Shown here: in pieces, positions 28,786 through 38,501 of the stretch
Layout: every line of letters starts with the position of its first letter
Position numbering within the stretch: position 1 is the first letter of the stretch
Assembly (NCBI GenBank): GCA_019752925.1
Contig: JAIELP010000008.1
Location: 101,223 to 165,222, forward strand
Source: a bacterium
GTDB taxonomy: Bacteria > Bdellovibrionota > Bdellovibrionia > Bdellovibrionales > Bdellovibrionaceae
Direction of reading: 5' to 3'
Length of the DNA: 64,000 nt
Program-made: the position numbers and the translations under genes
Notes under the pieces: generated by a model
What the model was told of the DNA's origin: nothing
Databases searched by the model: none
The model's input: only the letters and a program-made list of their open reading frames with translations

Positions 28786-30246
28786 CTACTTAGTTACTTC
28801 CCAGAAGCTACCTGTCGGCGTATCGCTTACAGAAATACCCCTGTCGGTTAATTTTTTTCGGAATTCATCGGCCTTAGCGAAGTCTTTCTCTTCACGTGCT
28901 TTTGCACGCTCAGCTACTAATGCATCAATATCAGCACGTGAGTGACCTAGCTTTGCTAACAACTTGTTATCGAGCTCAGTTAAAAACTTTTGAGGCTCCT
29001 GTTGGAATAAGCTCAATGCTGAACCAAATTTTTTCATAAATGCTAAGAACTGTTCGCACTGACTAATTACTTGCGGAGTAACTTTCATACCACGGCGAAT
29101 ACGAGAGTTGAATTTACGAATAGTTTCAAATACCGCAGCAAAAGCTGATGGAGTACCGAAATCGTCGTTAAACGCTTCAGTGATTGTATTCCATACTTGC
29201 TCTAGTTCAGCCTTGTATTTTTCATCCATTACAGCGCTAACACTTGCATCGCTGGCTTTAACATTTTCGGCCATGGCCATTGCTGAGTAAAACTTAGCTA
29301 AACCTGCATAGGCGCGGTCAATAGTATCATCGTTAAAGTCGGCAACACTTCTATAATGAACCGATAATACAATCCATTTATAAACTTCTGCGTGGTGTTT
29401 GTCTGAAAACTCACGCATGCTCACCACATTACCTAAAGACTTCGACATTTTAGTGCCGCCGAAGTTAAACATATTCCAGTGCATCCAGTATTTAGCTAAA
29501 GCATGGCCACTGCAAGCCTCAGACTGCGCAATTTCATTTTCGTGGTGAGGGAAAACCAAGTCTAAGCCACCACCGTGAATATCGATTTGATCGCCGAACA
29601 TTCCTCTGACCATAGCCGAACACTCAATGTGCCAGCCCGGACGACCTTCGCCCCATGGAGATGGCCACTTTAACTGTTCAGTGGGTTTAGCTGATTTCCA
29701 AAGCGCAAAATCAAGTGGGCTTTTTTTGTTAGCGTCCACATCAATACGAACGCCTTCTTTAAGCTCGTCAGTTTTACGGTTTGATAGTTTTCCGTATTCA
29801 GGGAATTGGGCGATTTCAAAATTAACATCAGCACCGGCCACATAGGCTTTTTTCTTTTCGATCAAGTCAGTAACCATCGAAATAATTTCCGGCAAAAACT
29901 CCGTTACTTTAGGGTTTTTATCGTGCATACGCAGGCCTAAAATTTCAAAGTCTTTGTTGTATTCTTTAATGTAGGTACTTGAAATATCATCAGCTGTTTT
30001 ATTTTCTTTTGTAGCGCGATTTAAAATTTTATCATCAACATCCGTAAAATTTTGAGCATATGTCACTTTGTAACCTAATTGCTCCAACCAATTACGGATA
30101 AAATTAAACACCACAGGTCCACGAAAATTACCCACGTGCAAAAAGTCATAAACCGTAGGACCGCAAACATAAATGCTAACTTCACCCGCTTTAAGCGGTT
30201 TAAACTCCTCAATCTTGCGGCTGATCGTATTGTAAACCTTTAACAT
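28786..30246 (-). CDS. cysS: Cysteine--tRNA ligase
   Basis: YVCGPTVY, HVGN, PGWHIECS, HHENEIAQSE, KMSKS. Confidence 0.98.
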   Translation of the reverse strand: MLKVYNTISRKIEEFKPLKAGEVSIYVCGPTVYDFLHVGNFRGPVVFNFIRNWLEQLGYKVTYAQNFTDVDDKILNRATKENKTADDISSTYIKEYNKDFEILGLRMHDKNPKVTEFLPEIISMVTDLIEKKKAYVAGADVNFEIAQFPEYGKLSNRKTDELKEGVRIDVDANKKSPLDFALWKSAKPTEQLKWPSPWGEGRPGWHIECSAMVRGMFGDQIDIHGGGLDLVFPHHENEIAQSEACSGHALAKYWMHWNMFNFGGTKMSKSLGNVVSMREFSDKHHAEVYKWIVLSVHYRSVADFNDDTIDRAYAGLAKFYSAMAMAENVKASDASVSAVMDEKYKAELEQVWNTITEAFNDDFGTPSAFAAVFETIRKFNSRIRRGMKVTPQVISQCEQFLAFMKKFGSALSLFQQEPQKFLTELDNKLLAKLGHSRADIDALVAERAKAREEKDFAKADEFRKKLTDRGISVSDTPTGSFWEVTK

Positions 30247-30247
30247 T

Positions 30248-31723
30248 TTAACCAACTCTCGCTAGTGCTTTATCGGCACGGGCCAAAATTGAGGTTTTGT
30301 TCATAAGTGGAACTAAAATTTTTAATTCCGCACCATGGGGTTTACCGATTAAAGCAATTCGAATCGGGAAAAATAAATTTTTGCCTTTTTGGCCTGATTT
30401 ATTTTTAACTTCGTCTTGAATAGCTAAAAACTCAGCTTCAGTGAAAGATTCTTTCGGATGAGCTGTTACCGCTGCCTTCCAAGCTTCTAATACCGACTTA
30501 GTTGATTCCATTTTAAGAGCTTCGGCACTTTCTTCTTCGTTGATTTGATATCTAGAATCATCTAACGGAGAGTATAGAGCTACGGCATCAGCTAAAGTTT
30601 CTAAGTAAGGTTTGAAAGTTTCAACCGATTGCATTTGCCAGTTTAAATCAGAAGGTAATTGTAAATCTGCTGCTACCAAGAACGGAGAAATCTGTTTGTA
30701 GATTTCATCATTAGGCAAAGCACGTAAATGTTGCGAGTTAACCCATTTTAATTTGACCGGATCAAATACAGCTCCGGCTGAGTTCACGCGGTCTAAAGAA
30801 AATAGAGATTCCATTTCTTTTAAACTTAAAATGTCTTTTTGATCTGGGTGCGACCAACCCAGTAAAGCTAAGTAGTTATTCATAGCTTCAGGCAAGTAGC
30901 CCATGCTTTTAAACTGATCGCAAGCCACTGCACCTTTACGTTTAGAAAGTTTTTGTCTTTCATCGTCTAAAATTAAAGAAATATGACCGAACTCAGGAGT
31001 TTTCCAGCCCATACCTTCATAGATCATCAACTGACGTAAAGTATTCGGTAAGTGCTCTTCAGCGCGCAATACGTGCGAAATTTTCATCATGTAGTCATCA
31101 ACTACGCAGCAGAAGTTATAAACCGGCATACCGTCAGAACGTAATAATACAAAATCGCCTACCATATCAGAAGGGAATTTAACTTCACCACGGATTAGGT
31201 CCTTTAAAATATAATCTTTTTTTAATTCACGGGTTTTAAAACGAACAACTGCTTTATCACCTTTAGCCATACGGGCACGCGCATCAGCTATAGGTAAATT
31301 TTCGTAAGGCGATTCGACGTGAGGCTGCAAGCCCTGAGCTTTTAATTTTTCGCGGGCGGCTTCCAATTCTTCATCCGTCATGAAACAGTAAAATGCTTTT
31401 CCTTTTTCAAGAAGCTCTAATGCTACTTTTTGGTAAATATCTTGGCGTTCACTTTGTCTGTATGGACCATAAGGCCCAACATCTTTAAGCGTTACTGGAT
31501 CTACGCCTTCATCCCAGTGTAAACCCAACCAATTAAGATCGTTCACCATCATTCTTAATGACTCTTCTGTTGAACGAGCCTGATCGGTGTCTTCAATTCT
31601 TAAGATAAACTTGCCGTTATTTTTTTTTGCAAAAAGATAATTAAATAATGCAGAACGGGCTCCACCTACGTGAAGATAACCTGTCGGACTTGGTGCAAAT
31701 CTCACTCTAACTTCTGATGCCAT
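30248..31723 (-). CDS. gltX: Glutamate--tRNA ligase
   Basis: RFAPSPTGYLHVGG, RIEDTD, KLSKR. Confidence 0.97.
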   Translation of the reverse strand: MASEVRVRFAPSPTGYLHVGGARSALFNYLFAKKNNGKFILRIEDTDQARSTEESLRMMVNDLNWLGLHWDEGVDPVTLKDVGPYGPYRQSERQDIYQKVALELLEKGKAFYCFMTDEELEAAREKLKAQGLQPHVESPYENLPIADARARMAKGDKAVVRFKTRELKKDYILKDLIRGEVKFPSDMVGDFVLLRSDGMPVYNFCCVVDDYMMKISHVLRAEEHLPNTLRQLMIYEGMGWKTPEFGHISLILDDERQKLSKRKGAVACDQFKSMGYLPEAMNNYLALLGWSHPDQKDILSLKEMESLFSLDRVNSAGAVFDPVKLKWVNSQHLRALPNDEIYKQISPFLVAADLQLPSDLNWQMQSVETFKPYLETLADAVALYSPLDDSRYQINEEESAEALKMESTKSVLEAWKAAVTAHPKESFTEAEFLAIQDEVKNKSGQKGKNLFFPIRIALIGKPHGAELKILVPLMNKTSILARADKALARVG

Positions 31724-31742
31724 GATAACCCCTTAAAAACTA

Positions 31743-31769
31743 AAAAGCCCGGTGTAAAACCGAGCTTTA
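31743..31769 (-). terminator. Possible intrinsic terminator after carD
   Basis: AAAGCCCGGT-GTAAA-ACCGAGCTTT imperfect stem with T-run on the minus strand. Confidence 0.6.
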
Positions 31770-31803
31770 AGTTATTGCATTTTTAAGACAGTTTTGTCAG
31801 TTA

Positions 31804-32298
31804 TTATTGAACGCCGAAGATCGCTTTGATCTCTGCGTCTGAGTTTACAACGTCTTTAACTTCAGGAGCTAAATTAAGCTCTTTTAAAAGAAGGTTTTTA
31901 GCTGTATCGAGCATTTTCTTTTCGCCGAAGCTTAACTCTTTATCTACTTTAAGAACGTAAAGGTCGCGTAAAACCTCAGCAATTTCAAATACCGAACCGG
32001 TTTTGATTTTTTCCATGTAATCACGGTAACGGCGATTCCATGTTTGAGTATCAATTTTAACGTCTTTATCTTTTAAAATATCCACCACTTTAGTGGCTTC
32101 TTCTTTAGATATAAGAGGGCGTAGACCGATTTTTTGGATATTAGCTGCTGGGATCATAATTTTCATGCCGGTTTCGAGAATTTGAACCGAGTAAAATTCA
32201 TGCTTAGTTCCAAGAATTTCTTTGGATTCAATTGAAGCTATTCGGCCCACACCGTGACCGGGATAAACTGCATGATCTCCTACTTTGAACTGTGACAT
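31804..32298 (-). CDS. carD: CarD/CdnL RNA polymerase-binding regulator
   Basis: FKVGDHAVYPGHGVG, TWNRRYR, LSFGEKKML. Confidence 0.95.
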   Translation of the reverse strand: MSQFKVGDHAVYPGHGVGRIASIESKEILGTKHEFYSVQILETGMKIMIPAANIQKIGLRPLISKEEATKVVDILKDKDVKIDTQTWNRRYRDYMEKIKTGSVFEIAEVLRDLYVLKVDKELSFGEKKMLDTAKNLLLKELNLAPEVKDVVNSDAEIKAIFGVQ

Positions 32299-32381
32299 TC
32301 ACTCCACCTTTGGTAGTTTGGACAGATTACTAACCACGCAAGTTATAGCACTTTTTGACACCTATCAGCAATGGAATGCTT

Positions 32382-32472
32382 AAAAAAAACCCCCTATTGT
32401 AAAAGCTTCACAAATAGGGGGCTTCATAAGCTCTATATGATATTTGAGTAAAAGGTGCCAGCTACCTTTTAC
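32382..32472 (-). terminator. Two tandem hairpins after the S8 protease gene
   Basis: GTAAAAGGT/ACCTTTTAC (32448-32472) and CCCCCTATT/AATAGGGGG (32390-32421), followed by an 8-T run on the minus strand. Confidence 0.75.
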
Positions 32473-32475
32473 CTT

Positions 32476-34578
32476 TTACTGAACTGAGGCTACTAAAGCA
32501 AAAGGCTGTTTACCTGATTTGCCCATTGGAACGTTTACACCTTTAATTTTAATAACTACTTCGCCCGCCTCTACAGCGCCTTGTACGAAGGAATGATTAT
32601 TAATTTGATCATTTGCGCTCAGCACTTTTCCATTAGGCAAAACCACCTCTAAATCTAAGTCGTTAACTAAGGCTTTGCTTGCGTTCACCGAACCTGGAGC
32701 GTCTGTCCAAACGATGTTTACAACTAAGTTACCAGCTTTAGAAACTGTGAATTTAGCTGTTTCAGTTTCGCCTGTAGCCACACCTTTTGAGTCTGCAATC
32801 ATTAATGAACCTGAAGTTCCTAATGCAACCACTTGAGCCATGTTCACGCGACCATAACCTTCGTCATTATTGGGACGTAAAGTTAAAATTTCCTGACCAC
32901 GAGCGGCTCCTACATTACCGTACTGACCCGGGAACATTTCCGTAGCTGTATGTAATAAGTAAGCTTTAACTAAAGCTGCAGAAGGTTTTGCTTGCGACAT
33001 TTTTTCAATTAACATCTGACGAGCTATTGCTGCACCGGCTGCTGTTAACGGACAAGCCATGGATGTACCGCCTGAATAAACGTAATCGTTATTATAAGCG
33101 CCCCATAAAACTTCAGCGGTTTTTTGCTGTGATTTTACAGATAAAATATTTGTACCCGGAGCTACGATATCGGGTTTGGTACGACCGTCAGCAGTTGGAC
33201 CACGTGAGCTGAACATGGCAATACCATTGATATCGTCTGATAACATTGACTCTGTAATTGGAGCTGAAGGCCAATTTTCAGGAGATGATTTTAACTCGCC
33301 TACTTTTTTCTGAATACCACCGGTAGCTAATAAGTTTTCACTGGCACCAACTGTTAATGCGTTTTTAGCAGTACCTGGAGTACCGATTGAGTTTGCATCA
33401 ATACGGCCATCTTTATTTTTATCAACACCACTGTTACCAGCAGCAAATAAAACTAATAGATCTTCTTTATCAAACATTACTTGGTCCACTGTGGCTGCCA
33501 TTTTTTCGTAAGCACCAAAATTAGCCGCCGCTCCCCAAGAGTTGGTGTGAAGTCTTGCACCATCTGTGTAAGCTTGGTTGAACATTCCGGCTAAGTTAGA
33601 AGGAACTGATAAATTATTTAAAATCGGAGACCACATACCTTGCGCCACCATTAAAGATGAATAAGCTCCACCTTTAAGTTTGCCTCCTGAAGCAGTACCG
33701 CGACCTAATACCGAACCCGCTACGTGAGTTCCATGGCCCATTGGATCGGCCCAAGTTTTACCGAACATACCAACAGCGTAACCAGATTTAACGGCGCCGC
33801 TGAAATCTGTGTGAATAGCGCGAGTATCACCAGAATCTAAACCCGTGTCGGCCATTCCGACGATTTGATTTTGACCAGTTAAGCCCATAGCCCAAGCTGC
33901 ATCAAAGTTCATAACTTTAGTTCCGGTTTCAAAACCGTTTAAGTCCGAGTAATCACCTGGTGCTGCTGGAGTTGGTTCTTGAGCTTGCTGATCTTCTAAC
34001 AAAATATGTAAAGGTTGAACTTCAGCAAAAGCCTGAATGTTTTCAACACCTGCCACTGCCGCAATAGCTGGTAAGTTTGCACGCTCAGTGGTTAATACAA
34101 AATTACGTGCTGCCGATTTTTGAATCAAAATATTTTTTGAGATATTTCGGATTGTAGCTTCGATAATTGTTCTTTCGCTTTGGTCAAACACGCTTACGAT
34201 AAAAGTTTCACGTGTTGGAGCGGTTACAGAACTCAATACACCCAATGTTGGTGAAATTTTCATATAAGCTTCAAAAGGCAATACAGCCTGAACTTTATTT
34301 TGGCTTCTGATTTGTTTAATTGTTGCAAACTCAGCTCTAACAATTAAAGCGTCTTCCGGTAGGTAGCTGTAGATTTCTACACCAGCTTTTTGTAATTCGT
34401 GCTTAATTGCTTCGGTCACATGATTTTTGTACTGAATGATCCATTCAGTTTGTTCGGCCTGAGCTTCACTGATTACAACCTGTGAGTTGATTGTTGAAAT
34501 AGAACCTGAATTCAGTTTGATTTCAGTTCCAGCAAATGCTGAAAAAGACAACAGAGACAAGATAATCCCTAGTTTCAT
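32476..34578 (-). CDS. Secreted S8 subtilisin-like serine protease
   Basis: Catalytic triad motifs ADTG, HGTHV, GTSMA; NSWG, AAGN; C-terminal beta domain (VNDLDL). Confidence 0.95.
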   Translation of the reverse strand: MKLGIILSLLSFSAFAGTEIKLNSGSISTINSQVVISEAQAEQTEWIIQYKNHVTEAIKHELQKAGVEIYSYLPEDALIVRAEFATIKQIRSQNKVQAVLPFEAYMKISPTLGVLSSVTAPTRETFIVSVFDQSERTIIEATIRNISKNILIQKSAARNFVLTTERANLPAIAAVAGVENIQAFAEVQPLHILLEDQQAQEPTPAAPGDYSDLNGFETGTKVMNFDAAWAMGLTGQNQIVGMADTGLDSGDTRAIHTDFSGAVKSGYAVGMFGKTWADPMGHGTHVAGSVLGRGTASGGKLKGGAYSSLMVAQGMWSPILNNLSVPSNLAGMFNQAYTDGARLHTNSWGAAANFGAYEKMAATVDQVMFDKEDLLVLFAAGNSGVDKNKDGRIDANSIGTPGTAKNALTVGASENLLATGGIQKKVGELKSSPENWPSAPITESMLSDDINGIAMFSSRGPTADGRTKPDIVAPGTNILSVKSQQKTAEVLWGAYNNDYVYSGGTSMACPLTAAGAAIARQMLIEKMSQAKPSAALVKAYLLHTATEMFPGQYGNVGAARGQEILTLRPNNDEGYGRVNMAQVVALGTSGSLMIADSKGVATGETETAKFTVSKAGNLVVNIVWTDAPGSVNASKALVNDLDLEVVLPNGKVLSANDQINNHSFVQGAVEAGEVVIKIKGVNVPMGKSGKQPFALVASVQ

Positions 34579-34716
34579 AATTCCTCCTTGAAATTATTAT
34601 TTTAATGAGAAAATTCCACCACGACTTATGCACTGGAGCCACTATTAAATGACTTTAACGCGGCTAAGAAATGTAAATATTTCGGGGTGTTAGCCCTATT
34701 CATAGATTTAATCTAT

Positions 34717-34734
34717 GTTCATATATGTATGAAC
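34717..34734. promoter_or_regulatory. Putative GbsR/MarR operator GTTCATA-N4-TATGAAC upstream of the lipocalin operon
   Basis: 14/14 arm match to the core of the 38052-38099 palindrome; 55 nt upstream of ATG 34790. Confidence 0.7.
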
Positions 34735-34789
34735 TATTTTACTTGTTTAAAAAACTAAAGCTCAGTAAAAGAAAAGCAACGGAGAATTT

Positions 34790-35314
34790 ATGAAAATTTT
34801 AAAAGCCCTCGTTGCCAGTATAATTTTAAGCTCATGCGCTTCTATAAACAAGAGTTATGCCGATGAAACCGACCCTAGCGTTGTAAGCCAAATTGATTTA
34901 CAAAAATACTCCGGCAAATGGTACGAAATTGCACGTAAGCCGACGTTTTTTCAGCGTAACTGTATTCGCTCTACCGCCGAATACCAAGTTATAGACGACT
35001 CTTCTGTTTCTGTTTACAACGTATGCTACAAGGCCGACAACAGCACCAGCGATATTAAAGGTACGGCTAAAATTGTGGACCGCAATGTACCGGCTAAACT
35101 TAAGGTTAAATTTAATATTTTTGCTCAGGGTGAATACTGGGTTACTGAACTTGACCCTAATTACCAATGGGCCGTGGTGAGCGCGTCTAAAAAATCCTCA
35201 TTATTTATTTTAGCCCGCGAAGCTCCTATGAAACCTGAGTTATTGAAATCGATACTGGATACTTTAAAAGCTAAAAACTTTGACTTAACAGATTTAGTTT
35301 ACGACCAATACTAA
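34790..35314 (+). CDS. blc: Bacterial lipocalin lipoprotein (Blc-like)
   Basis: Lipobox LSSC; YSGKWYEIAR, YWV...DPNYQWAVV, LFILAR. Confidence 0.92.
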   Translation: MKILKALVASIILSSCASINKSYADETDPSVVSQIDLQKYSGKWYEIARKPTFFQRNCIRSTAEYQVIDDSSVSVYNVCYKADNSTSDIKGTAKIVDRNVPAKLKVKFNIFAQGEYWVTELDPNYQWAVVSASKKSSLFILAREAPMKPELLKSILDTLKAKNFDLTDLVYDQY

Positions 35315-36027
35315 TGAATTTTTTTGCAAGCCTACTTATCTTAATTCAACTGACCTCTGCCCGCGCTGAGTTCAGCCCCTATAACGCTCAGGTTTCTGAT
35401 CTGGATGCAGATCAGAAAAAAATATTATTTGATATCAAGGCCGACAAAAAAATTATTGATGAAAATCTTTATCTGGATGTTAGCGTTTTAGACAAAAACT
35501 CAGAAATAGCTATACGAGAAAGCGCCATCGTTAATAAAAACAGCGCAGAAATTATAGAATACAAAATCACCAATAATCAAACCCGCGAGCGCGGTGTTGT
35601 TACAGTCAAAGATAAAATTATAATTGAGTACACAGACCCTGAAAATAAAACCAAAACTAAAGAATTTGCTAAACCTTCCCGCTTAGTGGCTCCTGCAAAT
35701 TTTGAGCTTTGGATTATACGTAACTTTGAGCTCCTAAAAAAAGAAAAAAGTCTCAGTGTTGATTTCCTGATCTGGGACCGACTAGAAACCATTAAATTTA
35801 AAGTAACTTATATGGGTGAACAATCCCTGGATGGCGAGAATAGCCAACTTTTCAAGATGAATATTGATAACTTTTTACTGGCCGCTTTTATTTCGCCTAT
35901 TAAAATCTGGTATAAGGCCGACATGAGCGAAATCAAACTTTATGAAGGACGCGTGGCCGTACGCAAAAAAAACAGCTCCGGCAAATATGACGACCTGGAC
36001 GGACGAGTCACCTACACCTACAAATAA
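35314..36027 (+). CDS. Hypothetical exported beta-rich protein (DUF3108-like)
   Basis: TAATG overlap with lipocalin; signal peptide; beta-strand pattern ending IKIWY...YEGR. Confidence 0.6.
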   Translation: MNFFASLLILIQLTSARAEFSPYNAQVSDLDADQKKILFDIKADKKIIDENLYLDVSVLDKNSEIAIRESAIVNKNSAEIIEYKITNNQTRERGVVTVKDKIIIEYTDPENKTKTKEFAKPSRLVAPANFELWIIRNFELLKKEKSLSVDFLIWDRLETIKFKVTYMGEQSLDGENSQLFKMNIDNFLLAAFISPIKIWYKADMSEIKLYEGRVAVRKKNSSGKYDDLDGRVTYTYK

Positions 36028-36036
36028 ACCTAGGAA

Positions 36037-37533
36037 TCATTTTTTAACTACCTGTTGAAATAATGAAATCGCTTTTACTTTTTGAGTGGCGTGATCCACC
36101 ATAGGTCGCGGATACATACTTCCACGGGCTCCGTCAGGGTCATGAATCGTTTTGGCCGGAATAGTTTTGAGTTCAGGAACATAGGTTTTAATATATTCAG
36201 CTGCTGGATCAAACTTTTCAGATTGAAGCCATGGATTGAATATACGGAAATAAGGCTGAGGGTCGCATCCGGTTGAGGCCGCCCATTGCCAGCCACCATT
36301 ATTAGGAGCCAGATCTCCGTCTAAAAGCATTTTCATGAAATAGTTTTCACCCCAGCGCCAATCAATTAATAAATCTTTTACCAAAAATGAGGCCACTATC
36401 ATGCGTACACGATTGTGCATCCAACCCGTTTGATTGAGCTGCCTCATTCCAGCATCTACAATCGGAAAACCCGTTTGCCCAGCACACCAACGCTCAAAAT
36501 AACTTTTATTATTTTCCCACTTTAAGTTTATATACTGAGGTAAAAAGGCCTGCTTTTCACATTCAGATTTGTGATACATGATCGAATAGTAAAACTCGCG
36601 CCATGCAATTTCTTTCACATATTGAGTAGAGTTATCTTTTGTGGCCCACTGTTTACTTTGCAGTTTCAGCGTGGCTAAAATCTGAGATGAAACCAAACTT
36701 CCGTTTTTTTGATACATTGAAAGCTGCGACGTGCCGTCGATGTAAGGCAAGTCCCGCTGTTCTTTGTAGTTTTCAACCTGTTGTTTAAAATTCAGCAAGC
36801 GTTCATAGGCTGTTTTAAACCCGGCCTCCGGAATTTTAATACTAACGGATTTATTATTTTCATTTTCAAATTTGGCTAAACTATCTGTGTAAGGTAAATT
36901 TTTAAAATCAGACCACTTTAAAGAAAAAATCTGATCTAAATTGTTTTGTTTTAAACGTTTATAGTACTGCTCGATATTGGCCTGCGCTGCCACGCGCTTT
37001 TGGCCTTCCGCTGTGGCCAGCTTTTCAAACCAGCGCCGCGCATAGGGCGAATAAATCTGATAAAAACTTTGATCGTCTTTTAATATTTCATGGGGCTCAA
37101 ATAAAACATGGTCTCTTTCGGAATATGTTTTAACTCCATAGGAATTAAAAATATTTATAAGATTCTCATCGCGGCTTCTGGCAAAAGGTTCATAATCTTG
37201 ACCAAAGCTGATGAGTTCCGGCAGACTTATATTATTACTTTTAAAGTGCTCAAATAAACGCGTAAACGCCACATGGGGTTGCTCGTCCACAACCAGCAGA
37301 TCTCCACCTTGCACTTGCATTTCTTTTTTTAGCTCTTTCAATGTATTTATAAAAAAAGCAAATCGATTGTGGGAAAAATCAGGCCTGCTTAAAAAAGCCG
37401 AATCAAAACAAAAAAGACCTAGCACTTTTTGATCGCAGGATTTCCAGCTATAACGGAGATTGGCATTGCCGGCAATTCTCAGATCGCGTCTGAACCAATG
37501 TATGCCGTACTTGGTTTTTGAATTGAGCTCCAT
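36037..37533 (-). CDS. phrB: Deoxyribodipyrimidine photolyase (class I)
   Basis: HWFRRDLRI, TSQLS, WREFY, TGFPIVDAGMRQL, GWMHNRVRM, NNGGWQW, RIFNP. Confidence 0.95.
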   Translation of the reverse strand: MELNSKTKYGIHWFRRDLRIAGNANLRYSWKSCDQKVLGLFCFDSAFLSRPDFSHNRFAFFINTLKELKKEMQVQGGDLLVVDEQPHVAFTRLFEHFKSNNISLPELISFGQDYEPFARSRDENLINIFNSYGVKTYSERDHVLFEPHEILKDDQSFYQIYSPYARRWFEKLATAEGQKRVAAQANIEQYYKRLKQNNLDQIFSLKWSDFKNLPYTDSLAKFENENNKSVSIKIPEAGFKTAYERLLNFKQQVENYKEQRDLPYIDGTSQLSMYQKNGSLVSSQILATLKLQSKQWATKDNSTQYVKEIAWREFYYSIMYHKSECEKQAFLPQYINLKWENNKSYFERWCAGQTGFPIVDAGMRQLNQTGWMHNRVRMIVASFLVKDLLIDWRWGENYFMKMLLDGDLAPNNGGWQWAASTGCDPQPYFRIFNPWLQSEKFDPAAEYIKTYVPELKTIPAKTIHDPDGARGSMYPRPMVDHATQKVKAISLFQQVVKK

Positions 37534-38063
37534 CAGTTACCATTACTTTTAGTATGAGGGCCCACCAACTCACCCAGCTCAGAAAAATCACCTGCATGAC
37601 ACAAAATTGTAATAAATGAATTGGCCTGATTGATCATTTCGCCAAGTGACTCCAGACGCTGTTGGTTCAGAGAGCTCTTTGATCCTGAGTTTTGAAGTTC
37701 TGAAAATTTTGAGAACTCCTGACTTACTTTTTGCAACATCACGAACTCTCTGTTTTCTAAAACATTTCTGATGACCGACATAAAATCGGGATTGGCTTCA
37801 TAAAGCTTTGTTCTGGTATCGCCGGACTTAACTTGAAATATGACCTTGTGCTTGATCAACTCTTTTAAAGCGGGGCTAACAAGTGCTTTAGACACACCTA
37901 TGTTTTTAACTAAATCAGCACCAGACAAAGGCTCATTTGAAAGATAAAGCTGCGACCATATTTGCCCGTGAATACGGCGAAAGCCCCAGTAGTGTATAAA
38001 GTCGCCAATAGCCCGAGACAGGGCTTTAAACTGCTTATTTTTGAGATCTGCTTGTTTTTTCAT
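37533..38063 (-). CDS. GbsR/MarR-family winged-helix transcriptional regulator
   Basis: WGFRRIHGQIWSQLYLSNEPLS...GVSKALVSPALKEL; TGATG overlap with phrB; start revised to ATG 38063 (MKKQADL). Confidence 0.85.
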   Translation of the reverse strand: MKKQADLKNKQFKALSRAIGDFIHYWGFRRIHGQIWSQLYLSNEPLSGADLVKNIGVSKALVSPALKELIKHKVIFQVKSGDTRTKLYEANPDFMSVIRNVLENREFVMLQKVSQEFSKFSELQNSGSKSSLNQQRLESLGEMINQANSFITILCHAGDFSELGELVGPHTKSNGN

Positions 38064-38099
38064 ATAGTTCATAGTACTATGAACTATATGAAAAAACAA
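38052..38099. promoter_or_regulatory. Perfect 48-bp palindrome: symmetric bidirectional sigma70-like promoter and operator overlapping two start codons
   Basis: TTGTTTTTTCATATAGTTCATAGT|ACTATGAACTATATGAAAAAACAA; each strand reads TTGTTT-17 nt-TACTAT-7 nt-ATG. Confidence 0.8.
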
Positions 38100-38501
38100 T
38101 ACGAACTTAAAGTTTTTTACGATGGTTTATGTAGAGTTTGTTCAGCGGAAATCGAATACTACAAAAAACAAAGTGGTAGCGCTAAAATAAATTTTGTTGA
38201 TATTTTTTCGCCGGACTTTAACGCCGAGTCCGAAAATTTAGATCCAGCCAAAATTCACAAACACTTGCACGCAAAAAAAGAAGATGGAAGCGTTCTTGTA
38301 GGAGTGGATGTTTTCATTGAAATCTGGAAAAATCTCGATCGCTTCAAAAAAATATCAGTTCTCGCTGAAAATAAAATAATTAAAACCACCCTAAAGTGGG
38401 GCTATAAACTATTTGCAGATATACGGCCCTATCTGCCACGCCGTAAGGCTGCGGATTGCACCGAAAGCCCTTATTGCACAGCCCACAATCCAAATAGCTA
38501 A
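38088..38501 (+). CDS. DUF393/DCC1-like thiol-disulfide oxidoreductase
   Basis: FYDGLCRVC (CxxC), LHAKK, GVDVFIEIW, RPYL; start revised to ATG 38088 (MKKQYEL). Confidence 0.88.
   Translation: MKKQYELKVFYDGLCRVCSAEIEYYKKQSGSAKINFVDIFSPDFNAESENLDPAKIHKHLHAKKEDGSVLVGVDVFIEIWKNLDRFKKISVLAENKIIKTTLKWGYKLFADIRPYLPRRKAADCTESPYCTAHNPNS

Noticed and set aside
37962-38099. ORF-track starts at 37962 (plus) and 38099 (minus), both containing MFFHIVHSTMNYMKKQ
   Set aside because: The identical peptide is a by-product of the palindrome; these extensions would overlap the opposite gene. ATG 38088 and ATG 38063 fit domain boundaries and promoter geometry.
38052-38099. Palindrome as an assembly or amplification fold-back artefact
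   Set aside because: Both flanks are unique intact genes, the arms end exactly at -35-like boxes, and the core recurs at 34717. An artefact is judged unlikely, though read-level confirmation is still needed.
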